A DNA stretch of 64,000 nucleotides from Chrysomallon squamiferum (lineage: Eukaryota; Animalia; Mollusca): the NCBI GenBank assembly GCA_012295275.1, contig CM022672.1, positions 12,710,001 through 12,774,000 of the forward strand. Reading direction: 5' to 3'. Both the position numbers and the translations under genes were made by a program. Each line of letters begins with the position of its first letter. Position 1 is the first letter of the stretch. Shown here in pieces: positions 14,601-44,239 of the stretch. The notes under the pieces are model-generated. The model had not been told where the DNA came from. It searched no databases and saw nothing but the letters and a program-made list of their open reading frames with translations.

Positions 14601-17600
14601 TCTCATAAACTAAGAAAAAACATATCATGGTCTTTGATTAAAAATTATAGAATATTGGTTAGAATTGTAAAAAGGTAATTGAAATTGAAATAAGAGTAAT
14701 TTTTGTTTATATAACAAAGACTAATTATTAAATAACAAGCTGAGTACTAAAGCTTTGTTAACAAGTTTCATAATGAAATCAGACCTTACATTTTAAGTAA
14801 GTTACCTGTTCTTTTAGTTTGTTTGTAATAGCAACTTCTTTCTGAAGAATTTCTTTCTCCTTTCTCACAGTGAACAGACTGGATTCAGTTTCCTGGAGGT
14901 ACTATAAAACAAAAAGAATAGTGGTAATTTGAAAAACATTTGCTAAGTTATAACAATCATACTTACAGTATAATTATGGCTTTTCAACAGATGCCTTAAA
15001 ATGACTGTCAGCTAAACAAATTTTCACCTTTTTCAATTTGTCATGGTCTTCCCTCTGTGTTATTAGCAAACTCTTCAGTTCACTTTTTTCCATTTTAAGA
15101 TCCTTGTTCTCCTGCAGGGTTGTTCTAAAGATAACAAACATGTATGTTATAAAGGTAATAATAAAGTATATCTTTACATAGAACACCTAAACACATCTTG
15201 TATACTTCAGTTTCACCGTTTTAATATGTCTTTAGTTATAAATAATGGCTTACAATAAATATTCTTAGACTACAATTTTATAATTAAAAAAAAAAAAAAA
15301 AATTCTCACATTAAGACTGGAATATGGTGGTCTGGTCTTATAATTCAATTTCAATATAAGATTTGCTAACTGAAATTATTGTTTGTTCACACACATCTGC
15401 ATACACGTGTGTTGTGTCTGAGTAGCACATTATTTTGTCACTGTGCAATGCATGCAAACACATTAACAATGTAAAAGGTTATTACAAACACACCTGAACT
15501 GAACAAGTTTCTCATATTCGTTACTTTCTTTGGCATCGTTAAGTTTTTGGTTTTCATCCTGCAGAAGTCGAAGGGAAACCTGCATGTTTTGAATCTCTCT
15601 GGCTTGCAGATCAATCTGGTTGGCCTTATAAAAATATAATATTTTTTCACAATTATTTAGTTATTATCGTATTATAATATTTTATTATTAAACAGTTGTA
15701 TTGTCAGCGAAAAAAACCCAATACCATTATAACTTTGCTGTGTACCTGGGTAGGTCATAATGCCAATGTCAAGGGATAAAATGGCAGTTTCAAATGTTTT
15801 GTAACAAGGTTCATTTTCCATCATGATTTGTTGTTAATTATGCTAAATCCAAGTAAGAAAATATCTTGTAAGTGTAACTTCAGAAATGTTTTATAATTTA
15901 TTAATGTAATAAATAAATGAGTCATAAAAAAAAAAAAAAAAATGGTTGTAATTAAAGTGCAATAAAAGTTAATTTTTCAAACATTTTTTTAAAAATCCCA
16001 GGATTATCTAAATATGAAGTTTTTTACCTTTGGCATCAGAAATACCAATCAAAAGATACTTCAAATAAGCATTTCACTAAAATATAAAATATTAACTTTG
16101 AAAATATATTCTTGATATCTTAATGCCTCATTATATTCTAACAGCAACCAACTGAAAATTAAAGCCAAACATTTCTCAAACATTTAATTTCTGTTACTTC
16201 AAATATATATATTTTTTTATTTATGTATTCTGAACCAGCGAAGATAACAGACATGCTCACCATTGCATGATTCTGTTCTTCAAGAGCTGCTGCATTAGCA
16301 ATCTTTCTCAGTAATCGTCTGTTTCTCTTGGAATGCATCTCTCGCTTGTTTCGCTCATACATGATCTGGTTGTGAAGAAGAAGAATCTGTCCTCGCAGAA
16401 TGTTAACCTCATCAGCTGGTGGAACACCTGGAAGAAAAAATAAAAATAAAATCTTATTAGACCTTCAACCATTTATTATAAATATCCAATTCAGATATAC
16501 AGACAGTGGTTGGGTGTATGACCATGTTCTGTTTAAACTAACTCATCACAAGATGATCTGAACAGACTTAAGTTGCACATCTGTTTTTAGAATCCATATT
16601 ATTGTTTGCATAGTACTGTATGTAATCAGGTTATCTCAAACTTAATTTATACACATGTATATTCTTTTTCAGTAAATCTTTTAATTAGTTTAAAACAGAC
16701 ACACTTTCAAGTTGAGAGGTAGACCAAACATGTCATGGTCTTGATGGAGTTGTATCCTCTACATAACATTCTGAACTATGTCTGAACTGTTCTTTTTTTT
16801 CTCTTTTTTATCCTGCATTCTCACATCCACATCCAGATTGATACAAAATACATCCACTGAGTTATTAAATACAGTAGGGAGAGAACAAATACAAATGTCC
16901 TACCTCCAAAATGTGTCCAGTTAACATTCTCTTTGCTTGTCAATGGAATCTTTGTCAGCTCTTTAGCATGCAGATCTCCACCCATCTTCAAATGCTGATC
17001 AAGTAATTCTGGTGGTGACATGGTACTAAACAGTGGCATTTCTGATCATGTGAAACAAAAATAAGATAATACATACAAAAAATAAAATAAAATATAAGTT
17101 ATGTTCTAAATAACAGACATGAAAATTGTTCAAGGAAGAGAAAATTAGGAATTCTTTAAAAATTAATTAAAAAACAAAAAAAAAGAAGAAAAGAAAAAAG
17201 AGAGAGAGATAAAAGAAAGAAACAAATACAATAATAATTATTGTTGTACTATTGATATTTGCAAATTTTAGAACTATTTAATTAATCATTCTCTGTTGGT
17301 ATTGTTTCTGATTGTATTTTACACCCCCCACACAGAAACAGACAGAGGTACAGACAAATATGCTATAACATAAATAGAGTTAAAGCCTGTTACCGTATGA
17401 TTTTTGTCCAGAACCTGTTGTATCTTTAGCAATGCACTGATTCTGACATTTGCTACAAACAGTTGCTGGTGAAAGCAAACTCTGAAAAACATTAACAATG
17501 TCAAACATTGTCTCACTGCCCATCCTGCTTGTTTTCACATTCAGAGGATTGCTACTTTCTGTGTGGCCAAGCCTCGATGTCGACTGTGCCACTTCACCTA

Positions 17601-20600
17601 TCTTGTCCTTCACTCTGGCTTCCACCTGTGCCCCTCCACATTTGTTCTCCATTTCCTCTGCACTGTAGCAGCCAGCAATGTCCGATTCTATGTTGCAAAA
17701 TGTGGATGTCGTTGTCGTCGTCGATGCTGATCGAGACAGTGTTTCGTGTTCCTCATCCACACCGTTCTCAGGTTTGAAGAGAGGACATGACACTGACCGA
17801 TGTCCTAGAGTGTTCAGTTCTGAGTTTCCGCCGCATGTCAGACTGTTGAAACGGATTCGATTCACCTTCTTCATGAACTGAATTACAGACTCGGCAGTCA
17901 GTTGAGGATCTACTGGCTGTTCACAGCTGTCACTGCTGTCTGACTTGGTCAGCTCACTAACCTCTTGATCAAATGAATCTGTTATAAAAATATATCATAA
18001 TAATAATAATAATAATAATGTGTATGTGTATGTTTCAATTTTCTACTCTGATGTAACTGAATTTTCACTGCACTAAAACTGATCATAAGAGTAAACTTTA
18101 TAAAAAGTGTAACTTTTATAAATTGACTGAAAATAAAACATATACAAACAGAGATATAAACAGATTTCCTTAAAAATCGTGTTAAATTTTCTGTCAAAAA
18201 CAATTAAAACAAATTAGATTAAATAATTTAAATAATTTTTCTGTTTGAATAACTTTTCCCATTAAAAGTAAAAGAATCAGGTATACAAACACTGAAAAAA
18301 CACACAAAACTACATAAATGTACATTCATTTTTATTTTCTTACCTTCATCACGTACAGAGATGTCCTGCACCATATGATGTAGTTCATCCATTGACACTG
18401 GTTGTGGTATAGTCCTTGTCAAGTTAGTACCACCTTCAGCTCCGTCTGAATCAACTGACAAGCTTTTCTCCAGTTCTGCCTTCCCACTGTCCGTAAAATC
18501 TTTGTCAGAGTCACCCGAACTCTTCCTATCGTATTTATTATGCACTTCAGCTATTGGGTCAAACCGTAATGCCCTCACTGTGGATTTCATTGGTTGAGCT
18601 TTGTGTGTGCCTAAAGGTGGCTCGGCAGTGAACTCTGGTTTCAGAGGGGAGGGGGGAACACTGCTGGGCTGGGAGACTGGAGTGAGTTTTAAATCACTGA
18701 AAACTGCCATCCGACTTGAACTGCTTCCCAGACTCAGTCGCTTCTGATCACTGCGCTGTGAAGTTGAGCTGCGGTTTGCACTAGGCTGAGGAAGTAATTT
18801 TGGTGAGGAAATATGAAATTAGAAGTAAAAAAGCATTAGTTGAAAATAATTAATGAAAACAGAAGATGTCAGATTTAGATCACTCTCTGACATGAATGTG
18901 AGGTAAAACATTTCATTCATTTACAACAGCAAACAAAACAACAGAAAAAGACTTATGCACTGATATTGAAATAAGCTTGAGCTTGGAGAATGAAAAACAT
19001 TAATTTCTTTATTACTGAGGTAGGTATCGCTGTTTAATGTAAAAAAAAAAAAAACCTGTATTGTGATAGAGCTAGATTGTACCCAGTCATCATTTTGGAT
19101 CACTGAAACAAATGATATAATACACTGAAGATTTTGTTACATCTCAATGTAGCAAAGACTACAGGCATGAGGGAAATCAAAATTATGACTGCTACTTCAG
19201 TTTAAAAAGTGGAGTAATTTACCTGATCTTCAGAAATAGTTGGAGTCTGACGAGGAGTGACGTCTTGTGATGGTAATACTGGGGTGGTAGGATTGGTGCC
19301 TGTCAAGTAAAGACAAATTAAAATTTAGAAACAAAATTATTAGGAGTTAAATAGTAATAATTACATGCTTTTATTTCAAGGACATATTAAAATTTTAAAA
19401 ATTTAAAAATCTATTTAGATTTAGAAAGGAAGGCAAAAATGAAACTATTCTGAACAGTAAAACCAGTATCATTAAAAGAAAATTATGAATCACCTGAAAA
19501 GGATTTTAAATTATAAAAAGAGAGGAATGAAATTATTTTGTTATATATTTATCTATATTATAATATAAATTGCTGATACCAGTAAAAGATTGTGGAAAGC
19601 TTGATGCACTAATATCCATAAAGCTGGTAGCTGGAGTGGTTCTCTGAGAAGATGGAGGAGTTGACAGACCAAGAACAAGAGAGGGACTGTTTTTCATATT
19701 GATATCTAAGTTCGGCATTTCACCAGATAACTCAAGCAGTTTGGTTTCATATGCTGTTTGTTGTTGGCCAGAAGCTGAAAAAAAATGTATTAAAAATAGT
19801 TTTGTATTTTACAACTGTTTATTTCTTAAGCTTCAAAAAAATATGGGTAATCTAGTGACTATTAAGACTCTTTTTATCATACCAAACATACATCACATTT
19901 TTTAATTTAATAATCTGTATTGCCATGTCAAAATAATTAAACTCTAGAATAAAATTCACGAAATTCTGTTTTACAGTTGTTAATAATATACTTTTATCAT
20001 TAATAAAAATTATACCTGAGTGAATTACATTGAGGAAATTTTATATAAAAATATATTTTTTAATACCATTATATTATTAGATTAAGCTTCTGCAAATGCT
20101 TTAACAAATGTTTGTTTTTGACATAGGACACTGCAGAATTAATATTGTAAAATTATATTTTGAACAAACCACACCGTTCTGTCATATACACGAAACCTGG
20201 TTAACAACATAAAATGCTGTAATAAATATTAACAAACAAAAAAAAGCCTGTGTTGCAATATACATTAAACCTGGTTAACATAAAATTCTGTAATAAATAT
20301 TAACAAAACAAATTGTATTGCAAAATACATGAAACCTGGTTAAAAACATAAAATTCTGTAATAAATATTAACAAAACAAAATATACTGCCACATACATGA
20401 AACTTGGCTAACAATGTAAAATTATATTATAAATAGTTAGTAAAGCAAACTGTACTGAAACATACAGGCAGACTGGCTTCCTGGTGGCTCTCTATCTGAG
20501 CTTGGTAATCTGGGCATGGACTGAAATCTGTTACGTGCAAATATTGGACAGTGCAATTCTTCCCAGGTTCCTTCAATTGTGTCCAGAGAAAGTTTAGCAC

Positions 20601-23600
20601 AGTCCACTACAATATCTTGTGTTTCCATGCGTTTCCATCTGGGTATCAAGAAACACTCATTAAAAAAATGTATATTAATTTGTATATCTTTTATAATAAA
20701 CAAAAACTAAATATTTCTAATTATTAATGTTTTTATCTTCTTAAGATCTTGAAGTTTTGGTTATCTTTTACATTTATTTTTACTTTGCTGTTGGAGATAG
20801 AAAATGAAAACTGTTCCCATAAAATTATGAAAATTTATTACAAATATATGACAAAAATATTAATAATAATAATAATAAATAGAAAATAAAAAAATCAAAT
20901 CAAATAAAAATAATAATAATAATGATAATAAAAACTATCACCAGTGAAAGAAAAACATATTCAAGAATAAACTGTAAGAATCTAAATATGATAATAATAA
21001 AATATTGTAATGAACTGAAACAAAAATAAGCAATAATACCAGCACATTTGTATCAGAGTGAAATATTGCTTTGTTTTGAATAAACCTATGTAAAAAAAAA
21101 TAATAATAATAAAAATAAAAATAAAAACAAAACAAGCTACTCAAATCAATTATTATTATTATTATTATTTCAGAAATACTGTTTATTATAATAATATTGT
21201 TTTTAATAGTTAATTGTTAATTTTTATTTCAAATAATTACCTTTCCTTTGTTAATTCACCCTCCCTGTTACCAGTTATTAAGAATGGATGAAGCCGAACT
21301 CGCTCTAACATTGGCTACAAAAACACACATAACAATCTCAAAATATTACTAATTTCATTACATGTAGATTTTTTTTGTTTTGAGCTGATCTTAGAATGGC
21401 CATTTTTAAATAACAACAACATCAATAATAATAATTCAACAGTAAGAACAAAGATAATGATAGTAATAGTTTTAATGATAGTAAAAACAACAACAAATAA
21501 ATAAATGAAATAAATAAATAAACAAATAAATAAATTTAAAAAAAGTAAATGAATAAAAAACAAAAATGTTAATAACAATCTAATCAATTTTTTTTTTTTG
21601 CAAAATATTAAGTATACCTTCCACTAATTAAATAGTATATCTACCATAATAACTTCATCGTAGACATGTGTGAACATCTGATCCTTTCTGAGAAACTGCT
21701 GACGAAGATAACTGAGAAAGTGGGCTGGATACATCCCATATAGACGATGGAAAAGACTGTACAGAGCAATTTGTAGATGGAGCAGAAAGACATCTGGTGT
21801 ATTGGCTTAAAAAGTTAATGAAACTGAAAATGAAACTTAACCTTATTCTCACCAAGAGGTGATATTAAATGAATGGAAATGCTGGAAGTAAGTAAATGTA
21901 GTACAAGCATGAATTATTTTATGAACACAATTTACAAATATGCACAGGTGATAAGCTACTGGAAGTAAAAAGTTTGAAGTAAAATTATAATTTAAAAAAA
22001 GAAATCTTGTTTGAAGCTCTTTTTTGTGACCTAGTAGTAAACAAAATCCAGTAGTCATTACTAATTTTTGTTTTCAATAGGTAGCAAGCATGCAGCATGT
22101 GTTTATTTTTATTATTTTTCTAAAAGCACTGTATCAAATATTCCTCAGACCATTTTGAAGACATTATACAAACATGTAGATGATAAAAGACAAACCATTT
22201 TCCTCTACTTTTTACAATGTTAACAAGCATGATGATTTAAAAATATTTTTTATATCAAAATAACTATTCTATCTATTCTTAAAAAAATTATAGAAACATG
22301 CAAATGTTTTGGTTTTTTTTTTAAGGTTTGTATTTTTTTACTTCTGTTATGTAAAAGCAAACAAACCTGGTTTCTTCACAGAGAAAGTAGCCAGTCTAGT
22401 AAATATTTCAAAAATGTCTTGAAGATGTGGTGCTATAGTAACAGGAACTACAGGCAGCAATAATGTTATTACAACAAGTGCTGTCATCACTATAGGAACT
22501 TCAACTTCAGTCTGAAGAAAAAAAAAAAAAAAAAAATCTTTAAAATTTATATTGATGCATATTTACCAAACTAACTTCAAAGAAATAATAGAATTTTACA
22601 GACAACAGAAGATCAACAACAACCAAATCATAACAATATAAATAATTTTAAAAAAAGCACTTTCGAAGTAATATAGAGATCAGTATTATAATATAATACA
22701 CAACAAATGGCTAATTGGGATTTTTGCATTCCAAATTTATGTATAAAGAAATTAGTGTCAAAAACACATTTTCAAAGCAAGAAATAAAATTAAATTTAAT
22801 GAAACTGAAATAAAAACTGTAATTAATTGTCTGACCTTAAGGCACTTGACAATAACATTAAAGATGGCCATTTCCACCAACTTGTGTGTCCATGGTGGCT
22901 GTTTGTAAACTAAAAACAGCATCAGCTGCAAAGCTGGTAATTTGTGTTCAGAACTTTTTATACCATCTTGCAGCTTGTCTATTAAATACTGGAAGAAATC
23001 ACCACATACTATTCATTTATAGGTACAAAAATGAAAAGGTTAATCTTGCATAATCACTAGAATTAAAGAGGATTTTTGTTTAGTTTACTCTGTTGGATCA
23101 AATATAAGTTATGTTTAAAAATAAAAATGAATATTAAAATATGGCACAATAAAACATTTTCAGTATTTAACAGTGTTTTAATATCATGTGATAAGTTTGA
23201 TGATATTGTGAGTATAATATCCAACTTTGATCATAATAAATCAATATTTTTATTTATTATTATTATTATTTTTTTTAAGGAAGTAAGAGTTATGTTCCTT
23301 TTCTGTTGATTATGACTATTATTATTAAAGATTACCTATAATAAAAAAATTAGCTTATTAAAACAAATAATTTTAACATTAAAAAAAGAAAGAAAGATTA
23401 TTATTACCTTGTCTTGGGGTTCTCTGACTTCTGTCAGAATTTCACCTGCCCTTTCAGAGTTGGTTACATAGTAGTAGTCCACCAAGGTATGTACCAGCCA
23501 TGATTCCCTGTCTGAAACAAACAATATAAAATAACTAAGAAAAACTAAACAAACAAAAGTCTGCAGCAAATATATTCTTTATATTCATGTCTATTTTAGC

Positions 23601-24134
23601 TTTTAATAATATTTCCATCTGACATAATTGTATTGTTTTATAAAAAAAAAAAAAAAAAAAAAAAATAAATAAATAAATAAATAATTTAAAAAAGAAGTAA
23701 AAAAAAGTGAGATGTATAAATAAAAAAGAAAAAAACTGAAAAAAAAAAAAAATTGTTAAGTAAATAAAAATATGAAAATAAATAAATAAACAAAAAAGAA
23801 ATCTGCCTAATAATAATATTATCAGTGGTAGAAATACTGGCTTGAGGTATCATGGTATGCAGGATCAACCAATTTAATAAGTTCTTGCAGTAATGGTATC
23901 TGGTTCCTGTTTTATATCATTATACAAGAAATGTAACTGACACAAGATTCTTTATATTAAAGAATGCTGTAATATCAATAAAACAAATATTCATTGATTA
24001 AACATTTTCTTACTGCTCTTGAGATTTTCCAAAATCACTTTTCGAATGTCCTCTGCCACACGAATATCAGATCCTTCTAGGAGGGGGAAGATATTGTCAA
24101 GCTGTGTGCGGTCTCCATGGAGACTGGTGGCCAT
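11662..24134 (-). CDS. TSC1: Hamartin (tuberous sclerosis 1 protein), 21 coding exons, 1204 aa
   Basis: Exons (minus strand, 5' to 3'): 24014-24134, 23408-23511, 22836-22988, 22367-22511, 21645-21805, 21241-21314, 20466-20638, 19580-19774, 19223-19299, 18344-18785, 17394-17978, 16904-17041, 16261-16427, 15494-15624, 15028-15124, 14806-14901, 14266-14407, 13851-13939, 13170-13238, 12645-12756, 11662-12005. All GT-AG, phases chain, total 3615 nt. Hamartin motifs: [109 protein letters not shown], then a C-terminal coiled coil. Confidence 0.95.
12066..12332. repeat. Degenerate tandem duplication (about 125 bp unit) in the last TSC1 intron
   Basis: CTTATGTGGCAAAATGAA at 12066 and 12315; ACCCT.TGAA.CCTGA...GCTTTG.TGG...ATAATAACAAAAATAA occurs twice. 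Confidence 0.7.
20192..20438. repeat. Minisatellite (about 65-75 bp unit, about 3.5 copies) in TSC1 intron 7
   Basis: Unit AAACCTGGTTAAC..CATAAAAT(T/G)CTGTAATAAATATTAACAAA...TACAT starting near 20192, 20267, 20331 and 20399. Confidence 0.85.
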
Positions 24135-25499
24135 AATGTAAACACATTGGTTCCACTTAGTCTGCTTTGGAAGCAGCAGCAAAATCGACTAAACCAAATC
24201 TGTAATACTTTTGAATTAAATAACAATAAGGTAACTTTATTCAATAAACTTGTCAATATTTTTAACCTAACATTAACAACGTTATACTGTAAAAAAAAAA
24301 GTATTTTCTTACCAGTGTATTAAATCTGTTACAGTATCACTGTTATGTTCCGTTTTAGACATATTGAAATATTTATCATTATATAGCTGCAACAATAATC
24401 CTAAATTATGCATAAATGTTGTATATCTTAAACACTTAGGCATAAAAAAAACCTAAAGGTTACTTAGACTAGATGTTATGAATGAATTAAACAAAATTAT
24501 TCTGTTTTCAGTTTAAAAATTCATATTAATTATTCGTTGTCTCCAAAATGTTAATTTTGTTTCCTTTTAAGATGCAGTGTTAAGAACCTAATAGTGAAAA
24601 CTGTAATGCCTTAGTATTAGCATTTGACGTGTTCAAAATAGCCTGATTTGATAAACCATGAGCCAGTATACACGATTCAAACTTAAATGAACAAAATTAT
24701 TGTATCTGTATTGTTTATATGTGATATAAAACAAGGACAGTATTCTGTTTTCCTGAATTAATACAAATAGCTGAGACTACAAATGGTTGCAGAATGATTA
24801 ACGGTGACAGCAACACAAATATATACACAGAAAAATAAAATTAAAATAAATAATAATAAATTTATTTAACACTTAACTGTTATATGTTTTTATATTTGTT
24901 TACCATTAAAACATGTAAAAAGCAATAAATACATTTTTCAATTAAACGTCTGAGCTTTTGTAATATTTTGCAAAAAATTAATGAATATAAATTTTATATC
25001 TAGTAACTTCAGTAAACACATTAACTATATTTAAAAAACAATAAATAATATAATAATGTACATGATATATTATTTTTTGTTAGTATTACATAACACTATT
25101 TAATAATAATTATAATAGTATCCACTAATTAAATCATTGTGAACACATTAACAACATATTTTTCATTAAAATAATGCAAATCGTATTATTCTGCAATTAA
25201 AAATATTATGGAAATGCAGTGTACCTTTTAAACATTTTATCCACATCAAAGATGAACACGTGTAATCAGTAATATTTAGGGTGTGCGTATAATGTAATGG
25301 TAGTAATAGTATTAAGGAGATCGGAGTTAAGTTGCTCCGGTTTAGTTCTTAGAAGGGAGGAGTTACTGTAAGAATAAAATGGCATAATAAATGTCCACTG
25401 CAAATTACATCTTACATTTTAACTTATACATAAAATGCTTGACAAAGCTCCATAGCACTGAACTTAACAGTTGAGAAATGATTCTGCAAATCAGCTGTT

Positions 25500-26931
25500 G
25501 AAACTATTGAACCGGAACTTTCCCACTCGAAATCCTCAAAAAAAAAAAATTATTCAGTCACGAGACACCTACCGGAAGTACAGCTCCACATTCACTCTTT
25601 TCCTTCGAAGTACGATTCTTTCTTCATTTTAAAAAAATATCATTAATAATGACAATAATGTAGAATTTTTAAATTTTATTATTATTTTATTTTTATTTTT
25701 ATTTGTGTAAATTCATGTGTCTTAAAAAAGCATTGACCTTCTAATCAAATATTTCGGGGTAGCTTACAAATTATATCTCTGCAACTATTCACATAATTAG
25801 ATTGAAACTACTGTTTGGGGTAGACAGACCGATATAATTTTAATGAATAATAAACTCATAACTTATTTTTTTTTTTTTTTCTTCAAATTACTTAATACCC
25901 GTCAATTTCTGGCCAGTTCAATTTCCAGTTTTCAGCATTGCTACGAACGACAATGTTGCAACATTCAGGATTGCACAAGGACTTTGAATTTGGAAAAAGT
26001 TAAACATTGTAAAAGCTATTAGTGACACATACTAATGTCTGTAACAGACACAGAACGCATATCTGTTTTGATTAAAAAAAAATTTAATTAAATAAAATTA
26101 AAAATGAAAAGATTAAGAAAGCATCATTATATAATAATCATAATTAAAAACATTGGTGAATGACGTCAATTCTGTGATGTACATACTGAATTCGCAAAGG
26201 CGAATCTGCTATGAAATTAATGAACCTTAAACTTCGGTCAGTGGCGTGCAGAGGCGCCGAAGGGCCAGTGGCTCCTGACATCCAAATCGGGCATCCAACC
26301 AGAGAAAAGAACTTAATAAATTTGGTTGATTTATATTTAGGCCTTATACTGGAGTCTTTGGATCATACAATCAAGGAGTTCGCCCCGGGCGTCACCAGTT
26401 TTCTGAACGCCACTGGCTTCAGTACGCCTAAACCCTAGAAACTATATTGCTTAAACTTTTAATAAAAATCTGAGATGTATCTAAATTTATAAAACCTGTC
26501 ATCAACACTGCACAGAAGACGATATCAGTGGTTATCCTGACTTCATTTGCTGTTTGCGAAGGGCCCCCATAATTGTTCAAAATGTAGATCCGCCACTACG
26601 AATTCGTACACTAACAAGGGGTCGAATAAGTCTGATTAAATTCTGCTTTATAAAATTAAAGCATTTTTTAATGCATAAATCAAGGAGAAGCATCCAACAT
26701 CAGGTTAATAAAATGCTTCGTAAAAGTACGACATTCAAATAAACTGTCTCAAAGCTACAACTATTGCCACGACATTCCGTAAAATTCATTCGTCAAATGT
26801 CGGCTAATTTCGGATTTCTCTACCGAAGGCATCAGAACATCAAAGAATGCATGTGCCTTGGCAAAATGGCGCAATGTGATGGGTTGACATAGTTGCATAT
26901 AAATTATTATTTTTGTTCTTAGAATTAAACA
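25500..26931. promoter_or_regulatory. Divergent (head-to-head) promoter region between TSC1 and SNAPC4
   Basis: The two ATGs are about 2.8 kb apart and point away from each other. The region has ETS-type ACCGGAAGT (25571-25579) and ACCGGAACT (25511-25519), a CRE palindrome TGACGTCA (26161-26168) and YY1-like AAAATGGCG (26863-26871). An acceptor-like TTTTGTTCTTAG ends 9 nt before the SNAPC4 ATG, suggesting a 5'UTR intron. Start sites cannot be determined from sequence. Confidence 0.5.
26239..26415. mobile_element. hAT-like MITE (177 bp)
   Basis: Terminal inverted repeats CAGTGGCGTGCAGA / TCTGAACGCCACTG (13/14 match), flanked by a decayed 8-bp target-site duplication ACTTCGGT / GCTTCAGT (6/8). 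GC-rich relative to flanks, with no coding capacity. Confidence 0.7.
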
Positions 26932-41387
<14,456 letters not shown>

Positions 41388-42023
41388 TTAATTAATGTCG
41401 TTAGTCAAAAACACTTTCGTGTTTTAGGAACCTTCGAAATAACTTATTAGTCTTATGGTGTCCCCATATTATTTAGGAACTTTTGTAAAAAAAAAACTGA
41501 AGGTTCACAGATGTCTCACATTAACATAAGTTAAAAAGAATCATGAATGTAACAGCAAGGCTTTTTCAAACATTTTACACGTTAGATACCTTTGAAATAA
41601 TTTACAAGTTTTATGGGTAACGATAGAAACCCTTGTAATAATTTTCATGTCAAAGGAACTTAGATAATAACCATCACGTGTCTCTCATTAAACCATACAA
41701 TTCGGCTGAACTTAAGGTGAGAAATCCGGTGATAAAGTGCTAATATATCTACACAATGAGTGTAAGAGTGCTTATAAACAACAGACCAATAAAAATTGGG
41801 ACTTCTTTATCAAGTGTTTCGTTTTTTGTCGTTTTAGTTTTTGTTTTAATTTCGTTTTCTAAATAACAATGACGACAAAAGCACTAGGGTTTTTCAGTAT
41901 TGTTTTTTTTTTTTTTTTTTTTTTTTTGATCTTTTCAGATGTATAAACATGAGTTTCTAATAATGTTTAAAAAGTAAAAAGAAAAACAAATATGAAGAAA
42001 AGTAGCCGATTTTTCTTTCCCCC

Positions 42024-42099
<76 letters not shown>

Positions 42100-44239
42100 T
42101 TTTTTCAAATAAAAAGAAATGATACATCGTATAAATTAATATGCAGGATACTAAACTTAATATATTAATATTAAGGGTTAAACAGAGGAACTTTTCATGT
42201 AAAAACAGAATTATAATTGAAATTAACAGTTAAAATAAATCGGTAAACAGTTAAAAAAAAAAAAAAAAAAAAAAAATTAAAACCGATCAGCGCAATAATG
42301 GTATGATCTAGCACATTTTGGCTTTATGCAACTTAAATATGGGGCTGTCCATAACACTATGTTGGTTAAATTTACAGAGCGCTATCAATCCATAATTGAA
42401 ATTAGATATTTTTAGATAAACCATATATAATGTACACTTGTGTTAACCCTGGAAATCAGTTCCTAACCAAACAGTAATTACCAAAATGCATTAAAAAGCC
42501 ACGTTTGAGCGTTTAAGGCTAATGGAAATTCTAATTACACTTGACGATATATCCATCTCGACTGTATCCATTATCAGACCGATTAAAGCACAAACAAACC
42601 ATTTTTTTTTTGTTAGAGACACTTTGTATAAATATAATTTGTTGATTTTGTGTCAAAAAATGTATTAAATAACTAAATCACGATACAAGTACCGAGCCAA
42701 TAATCCGGCAAGCTCAGAACAGTCGATGAATGAATGAACGAAAAACATATCGGCAATTAGGTGTCAAACTAAGGTAAATATAACAAAATGTTGAGGATAC
42801 AGTCTAAATCTTTACTTAAAATATAAAATAAACAAAAAATAAATAATGAAACTGTATTTAACAGGCACAAATTAATACATTTCTGTTTGTGTTTTTATTA
42901 ATTAATTTTAAATTCTTAAAATAACAATACTGAAAATGCTTTTCACCAGCAAGTTGCCTTTCTGCTAGTCTTTTAGATAGATTGATAGTTGAAAATCAGA
43001 GTAAACTGAAACAAATAAGAACTTAAACAACAACAGTTTCATTTGAACTGGCTTCACTGAAACTAAAGTAAAGAGTGCCTAATCCGAAAGCTAGTCAGTT
43101 TCAATAATAGTCGGTTTTCTGAATTTTGCGGATTTCTGGAAGCTGGATAAATGGTTCGGTATCTGTATTAGTCTAAATTAACGATCTGTCGAATGGTTGT
43201 CAATATAACGCACAATGAAGCATGAATAATATACAATAGAGCAATCTGCATGGTGTTTTCCCAAGAGAAATTTATTATGTTAACGGGTTCCTTTGGCGTT
43301 ACAAATAAATTATCATATAAAATTCTCTTTGCTTTCAGATTATTATTTTATTGTTTTGGGTAATTCATGATTGCTTATAACACAGTATGACAACAAAATA
43401 ACAATTACAAAACATTTGCTCGAAAAGCAACCAGAATAAATGGGTCCATGTACTGTTTGAAATAACCTCAACGACTTTAGAAAAATGGCCGCGCATTGGT
43501 ACTTTAATAACACTCATTTGTTGTTATTAATTATGATTGGATATCAAACCAAGAATACAAAACAACTGGAAGGTATACAGAATATGTTTGGATTATTTCT
43601 TCTTATCAATAGAGATATACTTTAAGGATTAATGAGAGAAAAATTGTCGGAGATACGTCCCAAAATAACAGAAAAAGTACAGATTTACAAACAAATGTTA
43701 CTATGATCACTATATAACACATTCACTCTGTTGTTAATGTTTTGGGTGAACATCGGTTAAATTTGAGAACCGAAGATTAATAGTCAATTATTTTAATATA
43801 CTAAACAGGACAAGCTGTTATAAAGCACATCTATCTATAACAATGAAAATTTAAGGAATAAAACGAAAGACAGGATATTACGAGTTTTATATACCGAAGC
43901 AGAAACACAGAAACGATAAACTGACAAAGGACCATTCTCGAGCACGCGCGTGCACTCAGACATACGCATGCTCTTAACTAGAAACAGGAATTTATTATTC
44001 TGAATAATGTAAAGGTTGAATAAAAGCTGAAATAATAAATACTGTAATGTTTAATATATTTATGATGTGGGGTGGTGGGGAAGAAAGAAAAAAGAAAAAA
44101 CAAACAATCCTAAAACAAGATATCCTAGTGGTATGAGAATTCAAATTTAGACATTTTTGCTTGTTATTTTCATGACAATATCACATGCAGAGTAATCCTT
44201 AATTCTCCCTTCAATCATATTATGTAATTTTTGCTGGAA

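Noticed and set aside
20192-20438. Repeat-spacer-like pattern suggestive of a CRISPR array (also 45704-45900)
   Set aside because: Eukaryotic intron, whole units are degenerate copies with no unique spacers, and there are no cas genes; these are minisatellites.
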